Shown: positions 1 to 15,483 of the stretch, in pieces | How positions within the stretch are numbered: the stretch's first letter is position 1 | How the letters are laid out: every line of letters starts with the position of its first letter | Assembly: GCA_020137815.1 (NCBI GenBank) | Contig: CM035355.1 | Coordinates: forward strand, 3,286,001 to 3,350,000 | Length of the DNA stretch: 64,000 nucleotides | From: Hormiphora californensis | Lineage: Eukaryota; Animalia; Ctenophora | Reading direction: 5' to 3' | Position numbers and translations under genes: made by a program | The notes under the pieces: model-generated | Seen by the model: only the letters and a program-made list of their open reading frames with translations | The model's database searches: none | Told to the model about the DNA's origin: nothing

Positions 1-1378
1 TTTCGGGCCTCCAGACGATTTGGCACGCTTGGCGGACGGTGGGAAGACGTCTAAAAACAACATTTGAGGCAAATGAACATTTGTCAAAAAAATGGAACAA
101 TTTTTTTACCGTGCACTTTTGAGCCGTTCACGTGGCGCATGAGTGCACACAAAATTTTCAAAAATCTTTTTTTTCATTTTTTAAAATTTTTTCTTTTTTT
201 CTTTTTCATTTTTTAAATTTTTTTCATGTTTTTGTTGAAAATTTCATCGTGCACTCATGCACCGCCATACCCGAGCTATGACAATGCGCAAAAAGGGGTG
301 GCACGCGACTTTAACCACGTGGTGATCTAACCGCTCCTACTATCATACACATTGGGTTTTTGAAAAACAGCGAGGCGGGTAAATCATTTACTGTAACGCG
401 CGAATTTTCCCAAAAAGCGCTGCTTTTTTACGCCGCGCAGAACCTAAAATTACGCGCGCAGTGTAAAATTTTAAAATTCATTGAAAATTTCCTCGCGTTT
501 TATGTCGCAAAAAAAGTCGACGAAAAATTCCAAATTCGTGAATTATAAGAACTCCCGACTCAGCTCCGGTCAGTTCTCATCTTGCCAATCCGTTTTCCGG
601 GAACCCCTGGCCAAAGGACATTAAAATTCACATACCGACCAAGTTTCATATCGATTGGATAAGATTTTGGGTGGCTACGGTGAAAAATATCGCATTTTTG
701 GCATTTTTAACTTTCCCGACGCGATTTACGACCCTTAAACATTGAGTTACGGGAAATCGCTATCAGGTAAAATGAAGTTCAAACGATTCTCTTTCCCCAC
801 TATTGCGTTAGTTTTTTGATTTAGAGCCGTTTTCAGGGTCTTAGAAGCGTTTGAAAAATGTAAGTCTTTTTGTCGCAATGACGTCACCCCGTGACGTCAC
901 TGCTGTAAAGATCGGATCAAAAATCTGAGCCCGTACTTACACCCGCCTTGGTCCAAAGTACCAGTGTACAAATTTTCAGGGGTCTAGCTCAAAAACTGTA
1001 GGAGGAGTAGGGAGAAAACAATTATCGGACTAACATTTTGGAAATTATTATATGGATCTTACGTCAACTGTCGTGTTAAACCTTCGGGTGCAAGTAGAAC
1101 ACCAATCCATTGTAATCGGAACCGTAGAATAACAGTCCTTCTTGTGTTTCCACAGCGCCGTGTGCGATCCGAAGGTCATGTTGCACTTGCCTGTAACAAA
1201 GTTCTGCACTGTAAAGCGTAAAAGATGCCCATACCCCCACTTAATATTACACATCTTACGTCGCCAGAGTTCAAGAACACTGTTTTCACGAAACCCCCTG
1301 AATAGCTGTCTGGCGCCGCGACCCATCTGAGCGCACTGTCGAATCAAATTGGGGTCTGGCGCCGCCAGACAGCTGAAT

Positions 1379-1612
1379 ATAGTCCGATTTTAAATAACTG
1401 TCGTTTTTACCGCACTCGATTTTGCTCTAATATGACAATATCTCCAGTTCCTGATAAGATAGAGACTTGAAATTTGGAGATTAGGAAGAACTTAGCATGT
1501 TCTTCGCAACCCCCAAGTTTCAAGTCTTTATCTCATCAGGAACCGGAGTTATTGTAATAATAGAGCAAAATCGAGTGCGGTAAAAACGACAGTTATTTAA
1601 AATCAGACTTTA
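1379..1612. mobile_element. Palindromic MITE; related copies at ~3312-3538, ~3534-3852 and ~4620-4715
   Basis: Mirrored arms with shared core ttcctgataagatagagacttgaaa..tttcaagtct(c/t)tatctcatcaggaa. Confidence 0.85.
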
Positions 1613-2582
1613 GTTATCAAACACACTTACTGCAATTGAAAACATCGCAATCGTTGTGCACTCGGCGACGATGGTACATCAAAGCCCTTTCACGTCTGAA
1701 TTGTGAGCGACAAATGCCACAAGTATGCATTGCATATGATACCTATAATAATCAAATGTCAAATGTCAAACTAATAATATACCGTGTGATGTCCTATCCA
1801 ACATCCCTATCCTGAGAATTCATGGATTTTGATTCGACCAGGCTATTACATAGCATGGGTTGATGACAAACCCACCCGGATCCACCGGTTGGTCCATTCT
1901 TTGCACCTTTCACGTCAATTTCATAGTTGCTATGGCAACTGAAGCAGTAACTATGGGGACTGGATTGTTAAAATTCATTCAAAAGTATTCCAGTACTAGC
2001 GCACCAACCGGGTGCACCTCAAGCACGGTCTGTTGACATGAAGGAGCACTTTTGGTTACCAACACGCTGAAATCTGAATCAATGATGCCGACGGGGTTAC
2101 GGGATTTTGGCAACCCACCCGGCTCCGCCGGGTGACGATTTTTTGCCCATCTGACGCCAATTACAATGGCAACAAAATCGATAACTAAGAAAACTGGGTT
2201 ATTATTTATTGTCTCCCGGTAAATCAGGGTCCAACAGCCAACTGTAGCGACCGGAGAACGCCCGTCGCCCAATATCAAAATAATATGTTTCGCTTTCCTT
2301 CAAAACCGGTCCGTATGAAAGTTACAGTCGAAGTACATCTTTGATGGGCTATATATTACTATCATAGGTAGGCTATATATACTTATAGCTGTATATGTAC
2401 CCAGATTTTAATCTATCTAGCTAGGGCCTAGGCCTGAGGCCTTGAGAGTTTGAATTGAACGCTTTTCTCAAATCTTTAGTAGCTTTTCCACTTTAAAAAA
2501 ATTAAAAAAACCCTATTTTTAGAGCGCACTGAATATTAAAAATTTAGCAGCGTTGTTACCATATTTTTTAGCCGCAGCGCGT

Positions 2583-3181
2583 TAGGCTATAAGCATACTG
2601 ATCGTGATGATCATAATCAGTTAAAAAGATGAAGTGTGCTCATGGTTTTGATCATCATCATCTGCAAAAAACTGCAGTGTGCGGAACATTATGATCATCA
2701 CGTAAGAGCTGGCCCTGGAGCCGTCTCTTAAGTTGGATGATGATCATCAACACCTAGTGTGCGCACGTTCTGATCTTATTCTTATGGAGGGCTGCACTGT
2801 AGTCATGTGATATGTACCACGTGGTACGAATTCGCGCGCACTGAGAGGCTGTTGTACAGGTCACATGATATGCAACAGCCTCTCAGAGCGCGCGACTAGG
2901 CAAGGGGGAGATAGCATCATCATGCTGAGCACACTGGTCATGATGATCATGATCAACAGGCAAGTTACAGCAAGTTGAGCATGGTTAATGATGATCAAAC
3001 GTGCGCACACTATGGTTTATGATGATCAAACGTGAACAGACTATGGTTTGAGAACATCATGATGCATCAAGCCTCCATCATGATGATAACCATCAGTGTG
3101 TGCGCTCCTTTGATGGTGACCATCAAAACGTCCGCACACTGACCTGATTATGATCATCACGATCAGTATGCTTATAGCCTA
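2583..3181. mobile_element. MITE with ~38-bp TIRs and a TGATCA-rich interior
   Basis: taggctataagcatactgatcgtgatgatcataatcag is mirrored at 3144-3181. Confidence 0.85.
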
Positions 3182-5391
3182 AAACACTCATGATTGCAGT
3201 GAAAACACCAAAACGCGCAGCACGCGCCGCTCTGGGTGTAATGACTGAGTAAAGACTGTGTAAACGCTGTGTAAACGCTGTGTAACTTCTGAACTTTTTT
3301 AGGGATCCCTTTAAAGTCGGATTTTTTGAAACTGTCACCCCCCTGAAATAACAAAATTTGCCATATCTCCGGTTCCTGATAAGATAGAGACTTGAAACTT
3401 GGAGGTTCGGAAGAACTTAGCAAGATCTTCGTAACCTCCAAATTTCAAGTCTCTATCTCGTCAGGAACCGGATTTATGGTCATTTACGAAATTTGAAAAT
3501 ACCCAGGGGGTGACAGTTTCAAAAAATCCGACTTTAAAGTCGGATTTTTTGAAACTGTCACCCCCCTGAAATAACAAATTTGTCATATCTCCGGTTCCTG
3601 ATAAGATAGAGACTTGAAATTTGGAGGTTCGGAAGAACTTAGCTTGGCTGCGAAGCAGCCCCTCCGAAGGGGTTCGCGAAGGGGTTCGCGAAAAATCGCG
3701 CGCGAAAAAGAGGGCGCGACGTGCCCAAGAACTTAGCAAGATCTTTATAACCTCCAAATTTCAAGTTTCTATCTCATCAGGAACCGGACTTATGGTCATT
3801 TAAAGAAATTTGAAAACTCAGGGGGGTGACAGTTTCAAAAAATCCGACTTTATAAAGTCCATTTTTTTTCAACTGTTCACCCAAAATTGAAATTTCAGTG
3901 AAATTTAGAATTTTTGTGGCGCGCGCTACACGTTAACATGTGATAGACGCGCAAAACAATTCCGCGCACGACTTTGGGGGGTGAACAGTTGAAAAAAAAT
4001 GGAGTATAGTTTATATGGTTGCTGCAGCTGCGCGGCTTATTTGCCTGCGCGCCGCGCCTTAACATATAATATGCATCGCTGACTTTAAGAAACCGCGCCG
4101 TCCAGTTAAAGTAGAATATGTTCATGTTCCGGAGTCACATTGTTGAGTCAGAGTCAACAAGAGTCACATCGCTCGATAGAAGAGCAACATACCCGGATCA
4201 CAGTGCTGCTTGTAGTAGGAATACGGTGTCTGAATAATACGGTATTTGACTTGGGCACGTCGCGCCCCCCATGTTCGCAGGCAAGTATTTGACCATTACG
4301 GTTTCTGAAATACATATGTATTTGAAATACATATATATTTCGGTGTCACGTGTTGTCAATCTGGCGCTCTGATTGGTCTCGTCTTACCGTTTTTCACTGA
4401 TACCGTGTTGAACCGATACTGTATTCTCACTACAAGCACCCATGTCAGTAGTACCTCCATGTCACTTCCAGACTTGGCGATGTATGATTGTGAGTGTGAG
4501 GGGCACGCAAACACAGTGGTACTGACTGAGGTGCGACTACGATCTGCCCTAAAGGTCCTCCCAAACTATTATGTCCCTTGCTGCGCGCGACCGGATTTTA
4601 GACAGCCATAGCTCCACCCCCTGATGAGATAGAGACTTGAAATTTGTTTTGTGAGGAGATCATGTCGAGTTCTTCCTACAAAACAAATTTCAAGTCTTTA
4701 TCTCATCAGGGAGTGGAATTATGACCGTGGGAAATTTCACAAAACCCGAGTGAGGGACATAGTAGTTTGGGGAGTACTTTATCTGGCGCCGCGACCCATC
4801 TGAGAGAGAATCAAATGGGGTATGGCGCCGCCATACAGGATCTGCCCGACTTGCAGTTCCATTTCCAAAACTGTCCAGGTCCTTTAGTTTTCCGTTCCAA
4901 ATCAAAGTAAAAAACATCATTTTTGATATATCTTATCTACAGAAAATAGAGCAGTGCGAATTTTAGTGTATTTATAATGTATATAACGGATGGTGGCTTT
5001 GACTCCATATATCACAAATCAAATAATCACAAATAAGTGAGAGGGGGATGTGTGTGAGTGTGTTTGTGTGTGTGAGAGAAGACGAATAGTACAGGCACAT
5101 GTGCGTTTTTATAAAATTGACTAAAGAGATGATAAAAAATTAAACATCTTATTGATTTTACCCTCTTACCACACTCTTACTCTAACGAAGCGTATATAAC
5201 ATTGTAATAGATACTCTCACACACTGATATATATCTCACATTAAACTGATATGTATCACGCAGTACCAATAAAACATACACAGCACTCTTGTACATCATA
5301 TCTTGTCAAGTTCCCCCGCCCTACTTGTAATAGACACACACTTGTCTTGTATTGGTCGCTTGTAGTGGAGATACCGTAATGCCATTACCGT

Positions 5392-5458
5392 CAGGAACCG
5401 ACCGAAACAAGTAAACAACCAATCAGAACTCGTTATTTCCTGATTCGGTCGGTTCCTG
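5392..5458. mobile_element. 67-bp hAT-like MITE (a longer copy lies at ~48986-49090)
   Basis: TIR caggaaccgaccgaa; 8-bp TSD ATTACCGT at 5384-5391 and 5459-5466. Confidence 0.85.
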
Positions 5459-6745
5459 ATTACCGTATCTACACTACAAGCACCACTATTACACTATAGA
5501 TTAGTGTGTTTTGATAAAGAGGAAAAACTGATAAAGTGGCCTAAAGCGGTATATCTCGCACACCACGCGAAACACAAATCCTGTTATAAAAACGCTCAAA
5601 AGATAAATATAGTACGGTCTGAGTCACCTCTCTCTCTCACTTTCTCTCTCTCTCAATAATAAATCCTCTCTCTCTATCTCATTAACAAACAAAAAACATG
5701 TTTAACTTGACATACCCGTGACAAATATATATAATAATATAACCAACAAACACATGTGTTACCCTCTCATAATATTCTGCTTTCCAATTATACCACTTGA
5801 GTTGAAACACTTTACAGGAAAAAAAACGGGGGGCAAGTAGTCATAATGGGGGGTTAGTTTTTAATATTAACTAGATTAACATTTAACTGTAAAAGATTTT
5901 ACTGATATTATAAAAGATAATATACGGTCACCTTCCATAATTTCCAATTATTTGGAATTTTGAAGAGCTCTATTTGGTTAAGGTCACAATATATATAACA
6001 AATCATGTCTATTAAGAGATATACTTATCCGGTAATATTATGTTAACCCTTTGTGAACAGAAAAATAATTTAAGAAAATACAGATGTGTGTGTGTGTGTG
6101 TGGAAGAATGATACAAAACTGAGTGTTTTCTTTGGTAATATATTATATCACATCTCCCTCAGTCTCAATTTCACATTTCTGATTTCTACCAAGAATTACT
6201 GTGCTTAGACCAAAATGTGATGTTGAGGAAATGTTGCTGTCAAAACAGCACCTCTAACACTCTGGAGAGAGAGGGAAAGAGAGATAGATGGAGAGAAATA
6301 AGATAGGGAGGAGAGATGCTTGTTCGAAGTCACATGTAAACACACACACACAAACTCTCTCACACAGGATCATTCGCACACACACAAAGATTCTCTCTCA
6401 CATAGACAGCACCAGCAATGAGATACAAATCAATTCTCTCTCTCCCACTTACTCTCACCCCCTCTCTCTCACTCCCTATCTCTTTCTCTTTCTCTCTCCC
6501 TCTATATCTCTCCTTTCTCTCTAGAATGTGATGCGTGTAAGTGTATAAAAACATGTGTATGTGTGTTTTTTTTCTATCAATCCCATATTACATAACTAAT
6601 ACTGTGCGGCACTATAATCCACCACACGACCTCGCCGCGTCTTTCTCTCACTCTGAGTCTCTCACTTTCGTCTTAGTCTGAGTGTCTGGGAGGGCGCAAT
6701 TATCTTGTACTAGAACCTACTGAGAGGGGTATCTCTATCTTTCTC

Positions 6746-9700
6746 TCACTTTGACAGGATGTTGTTGGGATCCCAGGACCATTCAAACAAGTCCATACTG
6801 GGGTCCGTCAACAGAGCCGTGAAGTTGGGCTCTGAGCTTCCTGGGCGGGGGGAGGGGTGAGGGTTAACTTTCTGATGAGCGGGGGGGGGGGGGGGGGGGT
6901 TTAGCTTCCTGAGCGGGGGGGGGGGGGGGTAGCTTCCTGAGCGGGGGGGGGGGGGGGGTTAGCTTTCTGATAAGCGGGGGGAGGGGGGGGGGTGAGGGTT
7001 AGCTTTCTGTAAAGGGGGGGGGGTATAAAAAGAGAGTTGTAGAGATGTAACATGGAACATGGGTATAAAAAATAAAAAAGAGATGTCTAACACTCACGTT
7101 TTATGGGAGATAGAGGCGATGTATCGGAGAGAAGTCCCGGACTGTTCAAGGCGGGGGAGGATGACGTAGCCAGTGTATCATGGTCGACTTGTGGCGGGGC
7201 GGCGTGGTATAGAGTGTTGGGTTGGGATGGAGGGGGAGCCTGGGAGGGTTGGTGGCCCATCTGGGGTGGAGGTGGCGGGGTGGGTCCGATACTGGGCATC
7301 TGTAACATGCCCTGTTGATACTGCTGCATGGAGGGGTGAGGAGGACGCTGCTGGCCCTGCATGGGAACCAGATAGTACTGCTGCTGACGGACCTGCTCCT
7401 GGTAGGCAGGGTCATATCGCATCCTTTTGAACTGCTCTGGACCGGGCGCGTAAGGGGGCATGGTGTGATGGTAACCATGGTGATATGGTGCCATGCCAGC
7501 CATCCTGGGATCCGCTCCTGGCTCGTTAGGTCCCTCTACTGCTTCATCCATGGCCTTGTCAATGTCGGATACAGACTTGCCACATGTCGTCCCTTTAATG
7601 TGCTTTCTTAGCGCTTTTCTATTCGTGTAGATCTGAGATAGAGAGAGAATTGTTAGCCAACTTTTCCCAGAATTCAGAGAGTTTCGAAAGATGGTTGTGA
7701 AACTGAATAGTTTGTGCGTTATGCAAAAATTAATCAAAAACTGACGGGATGAGGAAGGTAGGGACAGAGAGGGATAGAAAAAGAAAAGAAATAAGTTATT
7801 TAGAAGAATGGGGGGTGCGACATGTTAATTTTGTTAACTTTGTTAATATTAACATCGAGAAAACAGGTGATTTATTAACAAAATTAACAAAAAGTTAACA
7901 AACGTTAACAAATGCCATTTATGCCATCTAAATCCCCTTTTGCACGTATTTTTGGTATTTAACACTTATTCTGCGAGCAAAGTTGTTCCTTCTGCACGAT
8001 TTAAATACCACCACTACCTCTATTACGGCTTTTTTACAGCGATTTGTTCCATTGTGTAAATTTTAATAAAAACTAGCCAAACTAAACCGCAAGTGAAGTC
8101 AAATGACCCTAATCCACATTTTCCAACCCTAAAAACTAAATAAGACTCATGAATTTACCTTAAAACGAAAAATATCCCAAAAATACATTTTTCTAAAAAA
8201 CCACAAGGATTTGTAGCGAAGCAAATTTTCAATCTTTGACCAAAAAATTGATTTTGGAAAAAGTTCATTTCTTTTTTCAACAAAAACGTTGTAATATCAT
8301 CTTATTAAGTCCAAAGAATCGATTACCAATGAAAAAATTACGTTAAAGTGAGATTTTATACGCTAAATAGAAATATTAGGTTGTCCAAGAAATAATGTCG
8401 CGAGCCGATTTCTCCAACTTAACTCAACAATTTCGGTATACAACTTTTTCTAGCGCCTTGATCTAACCCTTGTCTGTATATAACAAGTGTCTGATTTGAA
8501 AAATTTGATATTTGACGTCCCTTGGTGAAGCCGGAAAAATTGCAAAAAAATTTGCCGCTGAACGAGATTTCCGTGCATGTTAAAAAAACTGCTATAGTTA
8601 TTTAATCAAGCATCTGTAAGATTTTTAATGACATCAAGCTTGTTTATTAGACAAATATCTATCTTTTGAGTGGTGAATGAAGTCACAGATCCAATTTGTC
8701 TCGGAGCTATGGAGCTCTGAAAAATTTTGGTCAAAATAGAAAATTTTCACTTCCGGGATACTTCGGGTTTGATTGGATTGGTGAATGATAAATTTTCTGA
8801 TGGTAAATAATAGTCCCAACTAAGCTTTTAACCGTAGTTAAGTTAACTTTTGGCTTTGGTAAGGTTTTGAGGTGAAAAAATGCGGTTTTTTGAAAGTCCC
8901 GATTTTTGGGTCCAAAATCGAGGTAAAATTTTTCGTTTTTTCACTTTTTTGGGGTAGATTTACTAAGTTTGCCGTTTCCATAGAACGCGTCGAGACTAAA
9001 ATCGCATGGGTACTATATCTTTGGACGATGGGCTATCGATTGACGCCATTTAGAGTTCTGGAAACTTAAATGGCTTCCTTCCAGCGACGTTTTAAGATTT
9101 GCAAAACTCCCGTTCAGCGGCAGAGCGACTTCCTGTGACAGATTACCCAAATATGGGCAATGAAAATATTAGTATGAAATTCTAAATGTGTTTTCCAGAC
9201 GGGAAATTGTCTACTGAACAAGATAGAACAAGTTAAAAGTCGCTAACTCATGCATTTCTACAAAAAATCGTAAGACGAAATTATTTCCTGGACAACCTAA
9301 TATTTGTAACTTTTTTATTTTTATCCGTTTTGAGCCAAAAAACCTGTCGGACTTTGGTTATCGGAAAAGGCCTTGTTTGGGTATATATGTGTTAGGTAAG
9401 TCATTAAACTATAAAATCAAACCAGTTAAAGTCGTATTATCAGCCAATAAGAACAGTCTTTTAGCATTTGTTAATTTTGTTAATTTTGTTAATTAACGTT
9501 AATTAACAAAATCGAAAAAAAGAGGTGATTTATTAACAATTAACATGTCGTCCCCCCCAGAAGAATAGAATATCGTTTATTCAATTAAACATTTGTCTAC
9601 ATCTTACACCCCCAAGTTAATGTACAAAACAAGCTTGTGTCACATGGTAACCGTTTAGAATCACGTGACTACGGAAGCAGCACTCATTGGTCCTCTAGAA

Positions 9701-10018
9701 TGGCCCTAAGGGCGCTGTGTGTAAAGCTCTCTATTTCTCTCTCTCTAACTCTCCCCTCTCTCCATCAGGATCTCTCTTATTTGGCCCTAGGTTCTCTCCT
9801 TTAAAATCTCAATACTTCTGCATAAGTATCTCAAAAATGTTTGCTCTCTCTTTCTTTTTCTTTCCATCTCTCTCTCACTTTTATTCTCTATTTGGTTCTT
9901 TTAGCAAGTGTGTATACGAGTAACAATGGCCTTAATTGTGTACTAATCTTTCAGAAAGCGAAGGAAAGGAAATAAAGATAGGGAGAAAGAGAGAGAGAGA
10001 GAGAGAGATAAATGAAAG

Positions 10019-10104
<86 letters not shown>

Positions 10105-10484
10105 GAAAAGAGAGGGTGCCCCAGTTAATTAGACACAAAGCGGAGTGAGTGTACCTTTTATTTCTCTCTACCCAAACTACTATGTAAGCATGAATCTTCT
10201 ACGAGATGCATACAGGCCCCCATTTTCCCAATTCCTGTCTATCATTCCTTCCCTCTCTCTCTCTCTTCTGTTATCTATTGACTGGTAATGGTACACATTA
10301 TATACAGAGAGAGAATCGAGATAGAGAGCCAATCGAACTTGCAGGAAGGGTGAGGCGAATCAATTACTTTATATTTCCTGAAACACACACACACCACCCC
10401 GCCCAGCCTACAACATCTCTGTGTGAGTGCTTTTCTTCTTCTTCTCTCTATCTCTCTATTTTTCTCTCTCTCACTCTTTCTCTG

Positions 10485-10528
<44 letters not shown>

Positions 10529-12420
10529 CTCTCTCATCCTTCTGCTCTCTCTCTGTCTCTCTCTCTCTCGTTCTGCTCTCACTTCTTCTCTCCTCATCTC
10601 CCTCATCTCTCGTCTTCTCTCTCCCATCCTAGTGCGAGGAGGGAAGGGGCGGACTACAACGCGACGTCGAACAATCTGCTCTGCTTCAGAACCTGGCCGA
10701 TAACATGGAAAGACGAGGGATAGAGATTCGCTCGAAGGACTGAGGTATGTAGAGACGGATCTAATCAGATAGAGGAGATGAGAAGATGACCCTGAGCATT
10801 TACACAGTATCTAGAGAGATTACTGTTATCTTTGTATACAGTGTGCACCAATTGCTTTACAGTCATGAGCATTCATGACTTTCTGTTGGCATTTTCCTTA
10901 TTGCTAGGCCGATTACGAATGTTGCTTTTTCTGCTCTTTGGCGTTCCGTTGCTCCTGTTTGAAGGGGGAGGGGCAGGTCTGGGAGGCATCATGTACATGG
11001 GTGGTTGTCCCATCATAGGTCCATGAGGGGTCATCATAGGAGGTGGCGCCATGGCCATGTGGGGTTGTCTCATGTGCATGGCCCGGGTATCCGCCATCTC
11101 GGGGGGCAGCATCATGGGCATCATCTGGGTGTTGGGGTGCTGCAGGGGCATGCCAGGGTGGGATAGAGACGGGGAGTGGGAGAGTTGGGGAGATGTTCCC
11201 GTGGGGTGCTGCTGCATTCCACCAGGCAGCTCACTCTTCACTTGTGGCCCCGCACCATTATTGATCTTTGGGGATCCAAGGTGAGGTGATGTGGATGGTT
11301 TCCCTCCGGGGGACGACTTTATCCGGGGAGAGAGAGGGTTTCCTGCTGGAGATCCCGGATTGGAATGTCCATTTCGGAGGTGGCCCGGTGAGGGTTGTTG
11401 ACCTTGTTGGTATGGCTTCATCAGTTGCTGGGCCTGTTGGGCTTGTTGCTGGTTAGCTAGCATCTTCTGTCGTAGCATCTGGTGCCCAAACCTGGGAGGT
11501 GGAGCTCCGTGGGGATGGTGCATACCGGGGGGCATCACTTGGGGCATGTGGTTCAGCATGCCTGGCATTGTAGAGGTAATGGGCATGTTGGAGGGCTGGG
11601 AGAGGGTGGCTACTGCTTGTTGCTGCTCCGTGGACGGGGGTCTGGTGAACTGGGGCTGACTGTAGATACCCGGGGAGGGAGATACACTGCTCATTAGTCC
11701 TTCTGTTGATACCGCCTAGAGGGGTAATAGAGCTTATATTAGGAGATATTATTAGGAGCTGATTAGTAGATTATAGGAGAAATCACAAGGAGAGTATAGA
11801 AGATGATTATATTCAGATTGATATATCGACACACACAAGAAATAATAATAAAAGGGACCAGGATGGAAGGTAACAAAAGGGTCAAATTTCAGGGAGGAAT
11901 GTGTACCTTGGGCGAGGATGCAATGCTGGTTGCTAGCTGGTCTGGGGTAGGTGGAGATTTCCCTGCGAAGTTATTCGGTTGGGTCATGATGGTGATGGGG
12001 CCCATCAACTGACCGTTCGGGAGCATTTGACCACCTGAGGGATGGGAGGTTTAGAAGAAGGGATTTGTTATGTTCTAACCCTAACAATTGTACCGGGGTG
12101 TGGTAAGAAAGGGCCGAAAAAGGTAAGAAGGGAGAAAATAGGGAACAGAAAACCCAACTTAACAAGATTCCTACAAAGGAACAGACCAACTCTCCCTTGC
12201 AAGATTCTACTGGCAGACTGGCTATTGATACTAAAGGGGAATGCCCCTTAAGAAGGAACTGTTAAAAATAAAAAAGGGAATTTAAAAATTTATACAGGAT
12301 TAAAACTGTTGGCAATACTTGACACTAAATCTCCACTAGAACTTGTTAGGGCACACTTCTTGTTGACTGAATCTCTAGCCCCCAACAAAACAACAACAGT
12401 ACAACTAACTACATAGTTAC

Positions 12421-12487
<67 letters not shown>

Positions 12488-15398
12488 TAAAGTGTCTTGC
12501 AACTACTGTACAACTGAGGAAATTAATAGATACGAGAGAGCAGTGTGTGTAGGTGAGCATGCCCCCACCCTTCCTTTTGACAACTCCAACAGCCCCTCAC
12601 ACCTCCTTTCTCCTTCCCCTCTCCTCTCTCCCCTTCTTTCTCCTTCTTCTTCTTCTTCTTTCTCTCTCTTTTCCCCTCTCTCTCTCCCTCTCTTCTCTCT
12701 CCTCTCTCTCTCTTCTCTCTTCTCTCTGGCTCTCTTCCCTCTCTCCTCTTCTCCCCTCTTCCCCTCTCTTTCTCTCTCTCTCTCCTCTCTTATCTTCTCT
12801 CCTTCTCTCCCCATCTCTCTCTCCCCCTCTCTTTCTCTCTGTACGCACTACCTGGTATATACATATTTCTGTGCATATGAACTACATACAGTAAATAATT
12901 TAATTGCCCCGATGATTGGTAATGAAGCAAAGTCACATGTACAACAAACACACGCACAGGATGGGCTGCTGCTGCTGCGGGGGTGAGAGAGAACGGGAAA
13001 CATCTGCAGAGAAGAAGAGAGATACATGTAGGAGGTAAGAGAGAGAGGGTGCGTGTTGCTACTGCAGAGAAAGTACACAATTGTAAGGGCACGTGACCCA
13101 CTTATAACTATGTCACGTTCCCAACACGCGACCTTTGTCAAGAGCGCTCATTGGAGGGGGAGCCACTGAAAATGACGCAATAGTTTGTCATTGGGCTGAG
13201 GGAGCACGTGACATGGTTTGTGGAGTTGATTGGTTCACTGCCCATAATTAATTCTTCCGGGAAGTAACACGAGGGTGGGTCACGTGTTTTCCTCGCTACG
13301 ACTGTCATGGGTTTGATGGGGTCACGTGATATACCACGTGGGGAAAACACAACACGATTATTGGTCTAGTATCACAGGAAACGGTGAGTGTGCGTCTGTG
13401 AGTAAAACAGAGAGGGAGGGGGGAGGCGAGAGAGAGGAGAGAGAGAGAGGAGGAGGAGGGAGAGAGAGATAGTTGGAAACCGGGGAGATTTTGTATTTGA
13501 AAGAGTAATGGCGAGAGATAGAATAAAAATTGAGAGAAAACAGTGAGTAAAAAATGGAGATAGATTGCAAGAAGCAGGGAGAGAGAGGAGAGGAGAGAAA
13601 AGGGAGGAGAGAGAGAAAGGAGAAGGGGAGAGAAAGAGGGGAAAGAGAGAGAGAAAGGGGAGAGAAAGGGCAATGTGAAGAACCATGTAAACACAAAATG
13701 GCCTGCAGGAAGTTGCAGAAAAGGGAAAGGAGAGGATAATGACGGGGGGATTGGTAAACACTGTCATTGGGGAAGTGTTGCAGAACCCAAGGGAGGGGAG
13801 ACAGTGGTCATGGAGAGCATAACCATTTAAGAAGTGTTCGTCCCAAAAAAGTGGTTGGACATATTTGGGGTCCAACACAAAAACTAATTAAGTGTAGACA
13901 CGTTATTTGACACGTTACACGAGTAATGATTCATCATTCCTTTGGAAATGAAAGGTACGTATATATATTGTCGTGACCTCCTCCATTTCCCCAAAAATCC
14001 CTCACAACCCAAAACACTAAAAAACCAACCCCGCGATGTTAAACCTCCAACATCCTAAGCCTAAAACTAACCAAAAGTTACCCAAAAACAACGTTACCTT
14101 ACCAACACCAAATTAAAACATAAACTGTTAACCTTGCTATTTCTTCGTTCTTGAAGCTGCTAAATTGGCTGCGTTTGGCGCTGGGGAGGCAGGACTAATG
14201 GCGGCTTTCATATGTGTTTTCCTGTGTAGGTTTTTACATTCCAATTTTTTAAACTGCTTGGCATTTGAAGATAGAGAGGGGTTGAGTCTGGGAAGAGGGG
14301 TTTTTGATGAAAGGGAAAATTTGGGGGGGATATTTTAAGGTTTTTGAAATAAAGGAAAAGAAGGGGTTTTTATAAATTTAGTGAGTTAAAAAAGGCTACA
14401 AACTAATAATAAAACTTACTATTTCTTGTACTAAAGTCTGTTTTTAATTGAAACAAATCTGCATTTCAAAAGACTCAGTAACCAACCGAATTATACCTCC
14501 GAATTTCGTGAGGGTTAAAGAGAGAGAAGAGATAGAGAGGGTGGGGGAGAAAGGGAGAGAGAAAAGAAGAAGAAGAGAGAGAAGAGAAAAGAGAAGAGAG
14601 GGGAAAGAAAAAGAGGGGAAAAAAAAAAGAGAGGAGAAAACATTCCTAACGATTTGTTTGACGCAAACAACGTTGGGCACACGCTTGTTGGAATTAAATG
14701 CTTTCTCCACAAAAACAAAAAAAATAAGGGGTAGGAAAAAAGGAGAGAGGCGGGAAGAGGTGGGATTGGTCAGGCGATATATATTCAGTGCCCATTACCG
14801 ACAATTGTCCATCCTCAATCGGCCCACTTAGCCCTGCAGACGGCGCATTTTTTAGACCAACGACCCGCCCTTAACCCCGTTACTCTTCCCTTTTTCCCCT
14901 TTTTCCCCTCTTTTCTCTTTCCTTCTCCCCCCCCCAAAAAATTCCTCTTCTTTCGAAATGACGTTGACATGATAAAATGACGTGGACAAGTGGATGGGAT
15001 GAAGGGATTGGACGAGCTATTGGGCTGATGGGTGGCTGATTAGCCCATTAGGCCTTGCAGAACAGATTAACCTGGTAGATATGTGATCAAAACACCATTT
15101 ACCAGAGACATCCAATAAAATATCAGAACGCTATCTAGGTGAAGTAGAGTTTTTTTCTTCGTATACTCCTTCATTCTCCTCTAACCTTTTGGTTTTGCAT
15201 TATATTCGCTTCCCTATTTCGTATGAAATTACTTCTCTCCCTCCCCCCTCTCTCTCTTTCTCTAAATCCTTCTGGAATATGTAGAGCAACCCCCCCCGAA
15301 TAAACTATATGGAGATGATCTCAATGCTTCATTTATGGTTTAATTACCCATGGGCTCCTCTTGGCATAGAGAAAGAGAGAGAGAGAGAGAGAGAGATG

Positions 15399-15483
<85 letters not shown>

